From Eledone cirrhosa (Eukaryota), in the NCBI GenBank assembly GCA_964016885.1, contig OZ024757.1, positions 42,160,001 to 42,224,000 of the forward strand: DNA of 64,000 nt, read 5' to 3'. Shown in pieces: positions 30,927 to 45,300 of this stretch (its first letter is position 1; each line of letters begins with the position of its first letter). Under the pieces are notes generated by a model that was not told where the DNA came from, did not search any database, and saw only the letters and a program-made list of their open reading frames with translations. Made by a program: the position numbers and the translations under genes.

Positions 30927-31837
30927 ATGTACATACTACACATACATATACACAGATGTTTTATATTTATAATTATATACATATATATATATATATATAT
31001 AGTGTACATACACACAAATGTCTCATATATATATTTACATGTACATTTACATATATATAAAATATTGGGTGTCCCCCCAAAATGTATACACGCTTTGATT
31101 ACCTGTATAGGCAATATTTATTAGAATGGTGTATACTTTTTTGGGACACCCTGTAAATACGTGTATACATTTATATAAATATCTATACGTGTGTGTGTGT
31201 GTGTGGGCAAGGAATTTGCAGAGTCATTAAGACATCGGATAGAAATATTTAGTGGAATGTGTTGAAGCTGTCCACGGCCAGAGTTCGAATCTGGCCTGGG
31301 TCAACTTAGCTCCCACCCCAGGAGGGGTTGCAGGAATTTGCAACTTGTACGACTGGCAGGAGATCTTATTTGTCCCGGCACTGTTGGTTCTGAGTTCAAT
31401 TTCCACTGGGGGTAGGGCTAATCACAATGAAAGCTGCAATAGGGGGGGGGGAGGTAAATGTGGGCGTCTGCTACTGTAGTCAGGTTAATCGCTGTCATGC
31501 TAGTCGATACATCGATCTCCAGCGATCAATCGACCCTCTGAAACGATCGTAAGACAACGATCTATCTACCAACCGTGATCATCCCGTGTCATAACAACTA
31601 CGTTGTATAAAATGTCAGTTTCTCTTATATTCTTGCTTTCTGTCTTTCTTGTGGTGGTGGGTTATGATTTGAGGTATATTTAGCTACTCTTTCTAGCATG
31701 TGTTGCAGTTGTTTACGCGTCCACACACACTCACACACATATATATATAATTATTCGCGGCTGTACTACATGTATTATTGAATGCTTTTCTCTCGTTTTC
31801 TCATCCAAACGTGTCTGTCCGTTCGTCCAAATTCTTC

Positions 31838-31877
<40 letters not shown>

Positions 31878-32063
31878 TTATGTATATATATACATGTATG
31901 TATATATGTGTATATATATATTGGTAACGATTGTTATTTCTTTTTCTAAAGTCTGTTTTTAATACGATCATCCCATTACATCTAGTCTAGTCCATGTAAA
32001 TTATTTTCGCATTAATTACCAGCGAAATCTACCATTTATATGTATATTTCTGTGTGTATATAT

Positions 32064-32097
<34 letters not shown>

Positions 32098-32165
32098 TTA
32101 TTTAAAGTATCAAAACATCTATTATGCTTGGTATTTGTGCTTCTCAATAAAAAAGCTTTATTGTG

Positions 32166-32216
<51 letters not shown>

Positions 32217-32578
32217 ACGATATATTGTGTATTCTCATAATATATATATATATATATATATAGTTCTTTCTCTTTATATACGTACAAATATCTTATAATT
32301 TAAATTATATATATATATACACGGTGTCCCAAAAATGTATACACACTTCAACAGCATTCTAATAAAATGTGTATATATTTTTGGGGGAACATTTATTAGA
32401 ATGCTGTTGAAGTGTGTATACAGTATTTTGGGACACCCTGTATATATATAAACTTTGCTCTGATTCTTAGCAATGGTATAATTACCACTGCTGTCTTTTC
32501 GATGGTTGGGAGGGGGGGTTAGCTCTAAAACTAATCAAAACTAATGAAAGCGAATAGCCATTTTGGTTCTATAATGTG

Positions 32579-32618
<40 letters not shown>

Positions 32619-32620
<2 letters not shown>

Positions 32621-32903
32621 GTTGTCCCCCGGTATTCGCGGAGGTTACATTCCCAGAGCACCCGCAAGGAGTAAAAAAAAAAAACAACACCAAAAAAACG
32701 CGAATATTGGACGTGGTCCATAAAAATGTCTATAAACGTCAAAACATGACGTAAAATAGGCCGGCAACTACGGTTTATTGTTAATAATTTAGCGTTAAAA
32801 GGCCATAAAAAAGAATCGCGGAAGCTATTTTCGATTCCGCAAATATGCGGTGGTTTCCTTAGGTTCTAAAGAAAATTCCGCGAATGCCAAGGGTACATTC
32901 TGT
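32619..32903. mobile_element. pogo/Tigger-like MITE
   Basis: CAGTTGTCCCCCGGTATTCGCGG..CCGCGAATGCCAAGGGTACATTCTG|TA imperfect TIRs. Confidence 0.6.
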
Positions 32904-33408
32904 ATATATATATATATATGAAATGTACATTATATATATAAATATATATATATATATATTTATATATGTAATGTACATTACACATATATATATATATATA
33001 TATATGTAATGTACATTTCATATATATATTTATATGTGTAATGTACATTACACATATATATATATATATATATATGTAATGTACATTACATATACATATA
33101 TATATATATATATGTAATGTACATTTCATATATATATATATGTAATGTACATTACATATATATATATATATGTAATGTACATTTCATATATATATATATA
33201 TGTAATGTACATTACATATATATATATGTAATGTACATTTCATATATATATATATATATGTAATGTACATTTCATATATATATATATATATATATGTAAT
33301 GTACATTACATATACATATATATATATATATATATATATGTAATGTACATTATATATATATATATATATGTAATGTACATTTCATATATATATATATGTA
33401 ATGTACAT

Positions 33409-33446
<38 letters not shown>

Positions 33447-33491
33447 ATGTACATTTTATATATATATATATATATTTGTAATGTACATTTC

Positions 33492-33549
<58 letters not shown>

Positions 33550-33730
33550 AATGTACATTTCATATATAAATATATGAGAGGTTGAATGTCCATATATGTG
33601 TACGATGTGAACATATTGTATTTGTTAAATGTTTTTTCAAGAAATTCCTCCTCTAAGCTACTGTTTCAAAAAATATCTAAATCTTCAGAACAGACTCGTC
33701 ATTCTTGTTTGTATTCTCATGTGTGTGTGT

Positions 33731-33764
<34 letters not shown>

Positions 33765-33879
33765 TTATATTATATATATATTATATATATATATATTTAT
33801 TTATATTATATATATATAATATTTATATATATATATATTTATTTATATTATATATATATAATATATATATATATTATAT

Positions 33880-33921
<42 letters not shown>

Positions 33922-33937
33922 AATATATATATATTAT

Positions 33938-33992
<55 letters not shown>

Positions 33993-33995
33993 TGT
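32904..33995. repeat. Compound (TA)n / GTAATGTACATT minisatellite and long degenerate TA tract
   Basis: Direct reading. Confidence 0.9.
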
Positions 33996-36388
33996 GTGTG
34001 TGTGTTTATTTTTATCGTGATGAGTGCAGAATTCTTTTGAATGGATGACAATGGCAAATAAATCGAACGAAGATGACAATATTTCGTAGATGATGATGTT
34101 GTTGGTATTGGCTGCTATTTCTAGCTGTTCTCGTGACATCGTAGAGGCTTCCTCGTCTACTCTCTCAGATTGAAATGGAAATAAAAACACTATTATCTTT
34201 AACTAAGATCTGTGACAGGTTGTAATATAAACTCTCGTAAGTTCTTATATATTTAATACTCACCAGAACAACAACATGTATGTTGTAGATTGTCCTTTAA
34301 AGTGTCCGGGTTTCATTTACTCTCCTTTCTCACCATTATGTCCAGTCGTGTCCTTCAACGTGACCAAAACTAGGCCAGAATTAAATATTGTTTTGTTTTT
34401 TTCTTCCTCTACGACGATTCTTATCTTATTGAGATTGTGTTAGTTGCTCTGTTGAGAAACACACACACCTGTGTTTGTTTCAAACACAGGTGTAGAAAAT
34501 ATGTCTTTTGTGGTTATGAAAATGGGAAAGGGAGGGAAAGGCAAGGGCTTTAGGGTCACTGAAGGAGGAGGGTGTGGCAATGTTGGGGCTGTGCCCAACA
34601 GACAAGACCTGCAAAAGCATTGAAAATATAAAAGAAGTTATCTTTACATAATAATCATTTTCATCACCATTCAGCTGTTTTTTTTCTTTCTTTCTTTCTT
34701 TCTACTAGCATGGGTTGGACGGGTCACCACAGACCAAGTCAGTACTCAAGTGGAGTACTGACTTGGTCTGTAATGTAAAATGAATTTATTCCTCCGATAT
34801 TTAGGAATGACAGTTTAGTAAATCATAAGCTTCATTATAGAAATCTCTGAAGACAGGAAAAAAAGACGAGATTGTATTGAGGTGGTTCACAGCTGTCTTA
34901 AGACAGATGTTATTGTTGTAGTGCACCTGAGCACTGTACACAACAATTATTATTATTGTTATTGTGTCAACTTAAGAAGAGAATTTGTAGCAATCGTTAT
35001 TTATGTCAAACACAAACCAGAATTTAACTGAATTTGCAAAACAAACAAGATGTGGTCCTCTAATTCATGTAGTTCAGAAACTCTGAATAATAATTGGCTC
35101 AGATTGAGACAACCTGCCTAAATTGTGCCAACATTGAAAGATGTAAAATGATGCTACATACACACATGTACATAACATGTACACATACACAGATATTTAA
35201 TATCTCTAAGATATGCAGTCATGTGTGTTAACAATTACTTTTTAAAATACGAAAAGGAAAAAACATTTGTCATATCATTTCTCTTTTTATATATGTATGT
35301 ATATATATATATACACATATATATATAATATACACACACACACACATATATATGTATGAATGTGTGAGGAATGCTTTGTGTGTAAGAATGTAACTAGATA
35401 TGTGTACTTCTTAAAAGATATATTTTAACTGTTTAACTTTGATTTATTTCTAAATCTAAACAGTTCCACCCTATAATACATGTATTATATATGTATTATG
35501 TGTGTTTATCTCTTGACAGCCTGTAATAATTTAGCAAGAAATATCTGAAAATTGCTTTGTTCATATATTATCTCATATAACTAATTCTGCAAGCCACACC
35601 TGATAACATCGCCTAAGTCTTACATCGTGTTTGGATAATGAAACTGGGCCATTGAAATATGTATAGTGTTTCCACTGAATTAAAATGTTAACCCTTTAGC
35701 ATTTAAACCGGCCGTATCCAGCCAGAATTCTCTCACCTCTGTCTGTTCAAATCGGCTGTAACTGGCCAGAATTCTCTCACCTCTTTCTGTTCTAACCAGC
35801 TGTAACCGGATGCTTATATTTATGTTAAAGTTTTGTTCTCAAAATAAATATCAAAACCTTATAGATTTGATATTATGTGAGGTAAAGCCTTTACTGTGAA
35901 AATATAATAGTATATATAGAGTAAATGCTAAAAGGTTAAGTAAGTTACCAGCCTAGCTTTCTGTTGTTTTTAATGCGTGTGTTCCTTTTTATACCTAAGT
36001 GCTCTTGGTTTTACGATACAAAGCTGTTTATTTTTAAGTGTTTGTAATTACCTAAAAACCTTCCATCATAATTTGATGCAAGAACATTTATGTTCCAAAC
36101 ACCAACAATATTACTAATTTGCTCCAAAGTTTATTTTCAAAATTATTTGAAAATCCTAGGTAGTGTTTTCATTAGAAATATGGTAATGAAAAGTATATAT
36201 ATATATATATATATATATAACACATTGAGAATATAAGAATCAGTTTATTTTCTTTTTATTGTTTCATAAAAAAATTTGAAAATTATTGAAAAAAATATTT
36301 TTCTCTATTTTTATAATTTAAATAAATTGTTGTATATTTGTTTTGTTGTAGATAATTGGAAACTCTACAACAGATATCACCATTCAAG

Positions 36389-39300
36389 ATGATTGATGTT
36401 TCTGTAAAGACCCTTGATGGTCAAACTAAGAGCCATAGTGTTGCAGATGATGTGAGTTACATTTCTCTACAATTTGTTTTTCTTATGTACATACACCCCA
36501 CTCATTTTCAAAGAGAGGTCTCTTCAGTTGTGTCAATGACATGACAACCACCATGGTCCCAATGCCACGGTAAATTGCACCCAACCCAGTACACTCTGGG
36601 TTGGTAATTGGAAGGGCTGTAAAAACTATGTGACAGGGTGGTATCTTCAGTTGTGTCAAGGACATGACAACCACTATTGTCCTGATGTTACGATAAAATG
36701 AACCCAGTACACTCTGTGTAGGGGTTGGTGATTGGAAGAGCTGTAAAAACTATGTTACAATTGGAATGTGACACATGTCCCTCCACTTACACTGCAGCAG
36801 CCTTCCAATAAAACCCTATTTTCTACAACTTTACACAATTCTTCAAGCAACACTTCATTAAAAAGTCTCTCTTTATTTTAATCTCTATCACAAATGTTTT
36901 CTTTTACAGACCACTGTTCGACAATTCAAAGAAACTATAGCCAGTAGTATTGTAAGTTACTTTTTAAATTATATTCCTAAATTCTGTTGTATTTACATAA
37001 CATACCCCCCCCCCCCCCTTATATGATTGAGAAGGCTTTTCTGATGTGGAACTAAAAAAAGACCACAGTTAAATAAAGTACTCAATACATTAGTTGAGAA
37101 TGGAAGCCAGGGTTTAGAGGGGGGGGGGACACAGATGATAGTGCTTTGGCAGAGAAGAATGGCCTGAAAATGCTAAGAGTTGTTCCATAAGTCCAATATA
37201 TTTAGGTTAGTAGGATTAGCCGTGGAATGTTGGTCATATGCTGGTGATTTCTGGATCTATAATTCAAATATTATAGTTATTTATCATGGACAAAAAAAAA
37301 CTAGAGCAAAACTGATCCAGTGTGCACCATGTTTCTCTTTGATAGCTATTCCTCTTTTTCTTCCTTCTTAATTATGAACTGGGCTCTGGTATTGGGTAGC
37401 CAGCTCGTAGTATTTGAGGTTGATATCCTCAAATCACATCAACTGTCAAACAGTGAAGATTTTTGACTTCCTTTTAAACTATGAAGACAGTTGAGAATTC
37501 TGTTTAGATTTTTTTCAAGAAAAATATTCTCATAATTTTTAGTTGTAGAAAGTATCTAGGTAGTGCTCTTAAGCTAGACATGGTTTGGGTCAATACTAGA
37601 CCTACCCTACCAAAGTTCTCAATAACAAGTTAATACACTTCTCTTTTGTTATTTCTATTTCAGTCTATTCCGGCAGACACACAGAGACTGATTTTCCAAG
37701 GCAGAGTTCTTCAAGACGAAAAACTTTTAAAAGACTTCAGTAAGTTGAAATTTAAAATAATGGTTTCTGATTTAAGCACAAGGCCAACAATTTTTGATGT
37801 GGTGAGGGGAAAGTCGATTAAATCTACCCAGTATGTTACTGGTACTTTATTTTATTGAACCCTGTAAGGATGAAAGGCAAAGCTAACCTTGATGGGATTT
37901 GAAATCAGAACGTGAAGGGCCGTAACTCTATGGCGCGAAACATGGTGTCCGACGTTCTATCAATTTCTGCCAATTCACCTTCCTTGAAATTTAAAATAAT
38001 GATAATCATCATCATCATTGTTTAATGTCTACTTTCCACGCTAGCATGGGTTAGATGGGTTGTCCTATTTGAGGCAAGTTGGGTCAGGTGACCATGTCTT
38101 GCTCATATAGAATTTGTCTTTGGCTAGATTTCTACGGCTTGATGCCCTTCCTAATAATAATAATAATAATAATATTAATCATTTAATAAAATAAAACTAA
38201 TTGATATCTTTTCCCACTAGATGTTCATGGTAAAGTGATTCATGTAGTGCAAAGACCTCCACCTCGTCCTAACAGTACCAGTCCTATAGATAATGGTGGT
38301 AACTCCACTACAGCTTCAGCACCACCACCTCCACCAAGAGATGTCAACAGTTTTGTTGTCAGTTCCTTTACTTTACCATCAGACATTCTCGATCCAAACC
38401 AGGTCCAGGTGAGACTCTTTTAATTTTATATTTTACACATTCACCATGGCTCGTTCATATATACCTCTCCTACCAAAAAATATAATAATAATCCTTGAAG
38501 CTTTGGTGGCCAAACCTCAGCTGGTGTATCGTCTTTGTGACCCTTCTGGGTGTGTGTTGCTTGCTGCTTAGCTGTCTTCGAAATTTTATGATTTGCATCA
38601 GACCGAAGTAAATCCACCTCTGAGCCATTGCTGGCAGGTTGTTGTGGACCATGTTATAGGCGTTTGTCTTTGTCTGTGTGTTACTCACCGTCTACCCTTC
38701 TGCGCCATTCTGAGTGTGTGTCTGTGTGAGAAGATCTGTAGGGTCACATGATATGCGGAAGCCTCAGAACTAATGTTTTATTTGAAGAAAGTAATCCTAC
38801 TACTTTTCCTCTCTTCTCCAGAATATTGTTCAACAAGCTGTTCACAATATCGGTGAACTTGGAAGGAATGCAAGAGTCTCAACGAGGGCATCAGTAAGTT
38901 ACTTTCTAATTCTAGAGAGAAATTTCTATTTAATCCCTTTTTTTTTATAGCCAACCCAACTAAAAACCAGCTCTGATTCTATAAAAGAAGTCTCCATTCA
39001 TTGTAAAGGGTTTCTATTTAAATTAAAACCCTCCAACATCCTCTTATAAAAGAACCATATGTTGAGAGGTTTAATAAAATATCACTTTCGAAGGAAGGAT
39101 GGCTCAAGAAGATGGTTTTTGTGTTGGAAGATTGAGTTTTCTATTATTTAGATTTTGTTGTAATATTTCTTCATTTATATTTCCTCAGGCTGATGGCTCA
39201 GCTGTTGATGTTCATATCAATTTGGGGCAGATTCCTGTTCAGCAGATTAACGAATCACAACAAAGGATAAATCACATTAGGAAGTTGCTGCACTTGGTTA

Positions 39301-42300
39301 ACATGGCTTTATCCCGTTTAGAGGTATGTGGCTCTTTTGTGCTGGGAAAACAACAAACAAAATTAACCTCAGTGTAATGAAGGCTCTGAAAGGGGTTGTG
39401 GCCATTGATCCTCCTTTTCAGATTAATTACAAAAAAAAAAGTATAGTGTCCTGAGGCAGTTGGCTGTGGAACTATCTACTTTCCTGGGGGAAAATGTCTA
39501 ACTTAGCGTTGATGGAAATTTTTACTCTGTTGCAAATGTTTGGACGAGGTTTGAAGGTAGCTATTTTGGATGAGTACATGGCTTTCTACCGTAACAACTG
39601 AACAACTGCAGGATCTTCCTTCATTTCTTCCCTAAATAAACCTTGGAAGTTCCAAAAAAAAAGAAAGAATTGTTGTTGCCCTTCTTATTAAGCTATATTT
39701 TCAAAATTTAGGGACGAAGCGAGGGAATTGCACAACACTTTGTGAATATGATTGATTCTTTTTTTGAATATGATGGATTCTTTTTGAATATGATTGATTC
39801 TTTGTAAAATATGATTGATTCCTTGTTTAAAACTGTTATATTTTGACAATTTGATTAATTCTATTTATTTTATGTAGAATCCATCAAGCAACAGTAACCA
39901 AGATGGTTCCAGTAACCAGAGACAGAGCAGTGAACCTGCTCCAGGAACTACAACTGGTACGACTCCGACATCATCTAATGAGGATCAACCCAGTGCTACA
40001 AGCAATTCTCAGGGACCAAGGTTTGGATTGATCTAGTTTGAACTTGAGTTGATACAAGAATAATGAAAAGAACTTGTATTAAACTATTAATAATTTAATA
40101 AAATGTTATAGTTTGCTTGAAGCATTTATTTCATCATCATCATTTCATTTTACGTCCGCTTTTTCCCTGCTTGCAAGGGTGGGACGAGAACTGATTCTGG
40201 CTTGATTTCTACAGCTAGATGCCCTTCCTAACACCAACATCATTTACAGTGAGTGCTGGGTGCTTTTTTGCAGTGGAATGATAGGGATCCCAGTCCCTAT
40301 CATCTCATTTCTACAGCTGAGTAAACTGGAGCAATGTGAAATAAAGTGTCTTGCTCAAGGAAACAACACATCACCCGGTCTGAGAATTGAACTCACAACC
40401 TTTTGATTGCAAGGCCAATGCTCTAACCACTAAGCCATGTGCCTCCATTCTATATATAATATATAATGTGGAAAGTTATATAAGGTTAAACAATGCAAAA
40501 TGGAGTGTAAGATGAAGGTAACAAAGAAGTTAGTTACCTGGTAATCTTTGTCTTGATATTTCGAGACTTAAAATTCCCTTCTTCAGAGTATAAGGAACTT
40601 TCAGAGAAAAATGTTCCAGTTTCTTCTCTTTGGGATTAAATTTAGATTTAAATTAATAATTTAACATTGATTATTGCATCTTATTTACATTTGAGGGAAT
40701 TCTCTCTTTTTTTAATATTCTCTCCTTGCTAAATATATAGTTTTGAAATAAAAAAAAAAATAGAATTGGTTCTTTTGATACCAACCTGCCAAAAAAGACT
40801 TCTAGTTCTATGAAATAAAACCTTCTGGATTAATATTTTCAAACATGATTTGTTAGAACTTTTTGTTATGTGACAAATTCCATCTAATAATGAAATAATC
40901 AATATCTTTAGTAAGTCCCTCCAAATTCTTCATCAATTAATTGAAATACAATGTATTTCATGAGAAATATGATAATGGAAGGGTTAAATACAGCTTTTAG
41001 ATCTTTCTCTTGCCAAATATAGAGTAGTTTTTCTTTAACCCTTTCGCATTTAAACCAGCTCCAACCAGCCAGAATTCTCTCACCTAGTTTTGTTCAAACC
41101 AGCTGTATATAACCAGAATTCTCTCACCTCTTTCTGTTCAAACCAGCTGTATATAACCAGAATTCTCTCACCCCTTTTCTGCTCAAACTGTATGAGCAGC
41201 CGGTTATGGCCAGTTTAATTGCTAAAAGGTTAAATAAATTTCATGTGTGTTTTTCTTCTTTTATGACTGTTTATTTGTTTGAATTGATGTTTACTTGCTG
41301 TCGTTGGATATTTTTTTCTGGATTTGATCTGGCAAATCATATTGGCAGTAAGATTGGGGTTTTGGTTGTTCACTCCTCTTGAAAATCTTCCTCCTCCTCT
41401 TCTGTAGCCCTCCACCAGTGACAGTTGTTGCTGAACTTATGACAGAACTTCAAGAAGTTCACAGAAGACTGCAGCCATTCTTAACACAATATACATCATT
41501 GGCACAAAATGATGCCAGTTATACAAGTGAACAAGTAGGTTTCTCCTTCCACATTTGTTCACTCTTTTACATACATTCTGCCAGTCTTTTATATATCTAT
41601 ATATTATATTATATACATTCTGCCAGTCTTATATATATCTATATATTATATACATACATTCTGCCAGTCTTATATATATCTATATATTATATACATACAT
41701 TCTGCCAGTCTTATATATATCTATATATTATATACATACATTCTGCCAGTCTTATATATATCTATATATTATATTATATACATACATTCTGCCAGTCTTA
41801 TATATATCTATATATTATATTATATACATACATTCTGCCAGTCTTATATATATCTATATATTATATTATATACATACATTCTGCCAGTCTTATATATATC
41901 TATATATTATATTATATACATACATTCTGCCAGTCTTATATATATACTATATTCTATATCATTCATGCTAAAGACTTGTTCAATTTATGAGAAAGAAAAT
42001 TTCAATATTTAAAAAAAAAAAACCCAAACATTTTTCATATAGTTAGTTGTCTCATATGACTGTATTATCTTAAGTGTTCCATATATTTATATATTTGTAA
42101 TTTGCTTTCCCGTCCTGTATTGTGTAATCTAGGCCTGGAGAGGGATGGGCTTTGCCAGGTTTAAAATACCCAAGAAACACTGCATGTCAATACGGCGCTC
42201 CAACGACCCTATCAGGAGTTACGTGACCATACATACAGACCTACATATATACATTGTGTAATCTTGTTTAAAATAGGTACACTGTATTCCTGTGTCCCCT

Positions 42301-45300
42301 AAGACACAGCTGTAAGGGCTAGTGTCAGGAAGGGCATCTGGCTGTAAATTTATAAATCCATTGCTTAATATATTGTAATGCAGTAAATAGAGGAAGAAGT
42401 TACACATTCCGTTATCTCTTACTTCTGTCTTCATCAAAGTCTATCATCTTTTTAGATTATTAAATATTTATTGTTATATTTCGGGAGGTTCATGTTATTA
42501 TATTGCCAGAAAAATATAGTAAAACACACTCACTGTTTGGTTTGGATTTCATTTAATGTTTATCATTGATTGACCAACAGTTTATAAATATAGTTTCTTT
42601 TCGTCACACAACTGTGACATCAACAGTGATGTTTCTATGTTTTCTCCCGTTGTATTCGTGCAATGTTTTCTTGAAATAGATATTTCACATCCTAGTAAAA
42701 CAAAGTCCTAAATCTGTCTGTTTCATTTCAGAGTGAATCGCGCCAGGAAAGCGAGCGTATTTTCAATGGAGTCTCTGAGTGCCTACATTACATGAGCCAC
42801 ATCTATCACAGTATCAGTGATCTTACTGTTGACTTTAGTCAGTCTCCACCACGCCATCTCCATGCTCACACAGCCATGCCTGCATTGGCAGGTTTGATCC
42901 CTTCATCTCTATCAACAGGATCCATACCAATGAATGTAAGTCAACAGTTTTTTTTTTATTAATATGACCATGCAGTATATATTTCGGGCTTTTAGTTCAA
43001 CAGTTCAAATCCCACCATTGTCAACTTAGCGTTTCGTCTTTTCAAGGTTGCATAAAATAACATACTATTATATTTTCACAATGATCACAATATTTTAAAG
43101 TAGCAAACCCATTTTTAGAAATTTTCTTCTAAATTATTAAACGGTTAACCCTTTAGCATTTAAACTGGCTGCATCTGGCCGGAATCTCTCACCTCTTTTC
43201 GTTCAAACTGACTATAACCAACCACTCATACTGATGTTAAGGTATTGTTCTCAATATTATCAAAATCTCATAGATTCGATATTGTGGGATAGTTATGTGA
43301 GGTAAAGCCTTTACTGTGAAAATACAATAGTATATATAGAGTAATGTAAATGGTAAAGGGTTAATAAAGAAAAATATCTTTATATTTCCTTAGGTTTGTG
43401 GTGATGCTATTAACATTTGTATTGACAAGCTTGTTTTTTTTATATATTTTCTGCTGAGTTATTACAGGATGTTAAGAGTTAATGTCATTATTGTTTTCTT
43501 TTTGTAGGGCCAGTACAGGGTTCCAGGAGGAACCCTCATACCCAGCTTTTCCACCCTTGCTCCTGGTCTACGTACTGCCGCAGCTGCTGCAAGTAGCTCA
43601 GCTGGGAGTAACAGTGGTAGTGGTAGCCATAGTCACAGCAGTAGCAACAGCAGTAGTGTAACGACACCAACTGCAGTACCCGCTTCCTCAACAACATCTT
43701 CTAGAACCTTCACAGCTAGCGGCACTACACCTGTGCCTCTCATCACACTACCGTCTACAGTATTTTCTTCCAATCCTTCCCAGGTAGTCATTTTGGCTTA
43801 TTAGTTCCTGGGATAATATATCTTTGTCATCACCCTTTAACATCTATTTTTACATGTCTTTGACATTACTACCTTTGTTAGGAATTTTTCCGCATATTTT
43901 TATTTTTTGGCAAAATGTAATCCTCCCCACCCGCCAAAAAAAGAAAACCCTTCAAATTCAAATTTTTCAGTTTAATGAAATATTTTTTCAATTCCTGAAG
44001 TAATAAACAAACAAACGCTTGATTTGTTTTGGTCAATCTTGTTATAAAGAATTTTTTGTTACAACAAATTTTTTTTCATACCCCGTGAATTTTGTTATAA
44101 CGGAATTTCACTGTATTATAAATGTGTATTTAAATGCTCTGTTTTTCTTTTTTTTTCCAGACAACAACTGCCCAGACTAACAGCAGTACTCCTATTTCTC
44201 TTGGACAGTCATTTTCTACTTCAAGTTCTAGTCCCTACCTGTTTGTAGAGGTTGGTCCTGATTCGCTGACAGTCAATAGTATATCTGCTCATGTGGTCAG
44301 TTCAGATATGACTTCGACATCAACCTCGAATACATCATCAATGCGTAAGGACAGGATCTTTTTTTACCCGTTTATGTGAAAGATATTCGTTAAGGTGTGT
44401 AGTAGCACGCAGTAGCTTGCGGATCAGAAAGTCACTATCTCTCGGGTAGAGCCGCTATTTCTCTGCATCGATAGATCACACAGCTCTAGTACTATGGATA
44501 TGTGGTTAGAAGGTCTAACCCCTTAGCATTTACGTTACTCTATATTCACTATTGTATTTTGTTGGTAAACACTTTATCTGACATAATATCAAATCTATGA
44601 GATTTTGATGATATTTATTTTGAGAACAATACCTTAACATAAGTATGAGTGGCCGGTTAAGGCCAGTTTGAACAGAAAGAGGTGAAAAAATTCTGGCTGG
44701 ATATGGCAGGTTTAAATGCTAAGGGGGTTAAAGTCAAAGCTAACCTTGGCCGTATTTAGAACTTAGAACGTAAAGAGCTGCAACTATATGATGCTGATAC
44801 TACTGCTAATCTTTACATTGTTTTGTATTTGTTTTTTCAGAGAGAACGTTCCAAGTTAACCTTGGTCCTAACTTGTCAACATCTACTACGACCACCACCA
44901 CCAACTCTAATAACACCACTACTGCTGGTAACAGTAACAGTACTAATACGACTACCACTACCAGCAGTAGCAGCAGCAACAGTACCTCTAACATCAACAG
45001 CAGCAGCACTGTCAGTGGAACACCTGGAATAGCCAGCACAGGTGGGGCAACGGCTACAACAACCTCCACATCATCAACTTCTAGTAGCAGTAGTAGTAGC
45101 GGTATTGGTGTTGGTGCTGGTCGGCCCACTGTAGTCCTGCCTGGAGGTATGCCCAATATTCAGGGTCTCCTTGGCGGACAGCACCCAGCAGCCCGCACTA
45201 TTGATCCTTACCTGCCCTGTGTCTCTAGACATTTCCTCTCCTCTCAGGCCCAGAGTGATGCAACTACTGCTAATGTTGTAGCTGCAGCTGCAGCAAATGT

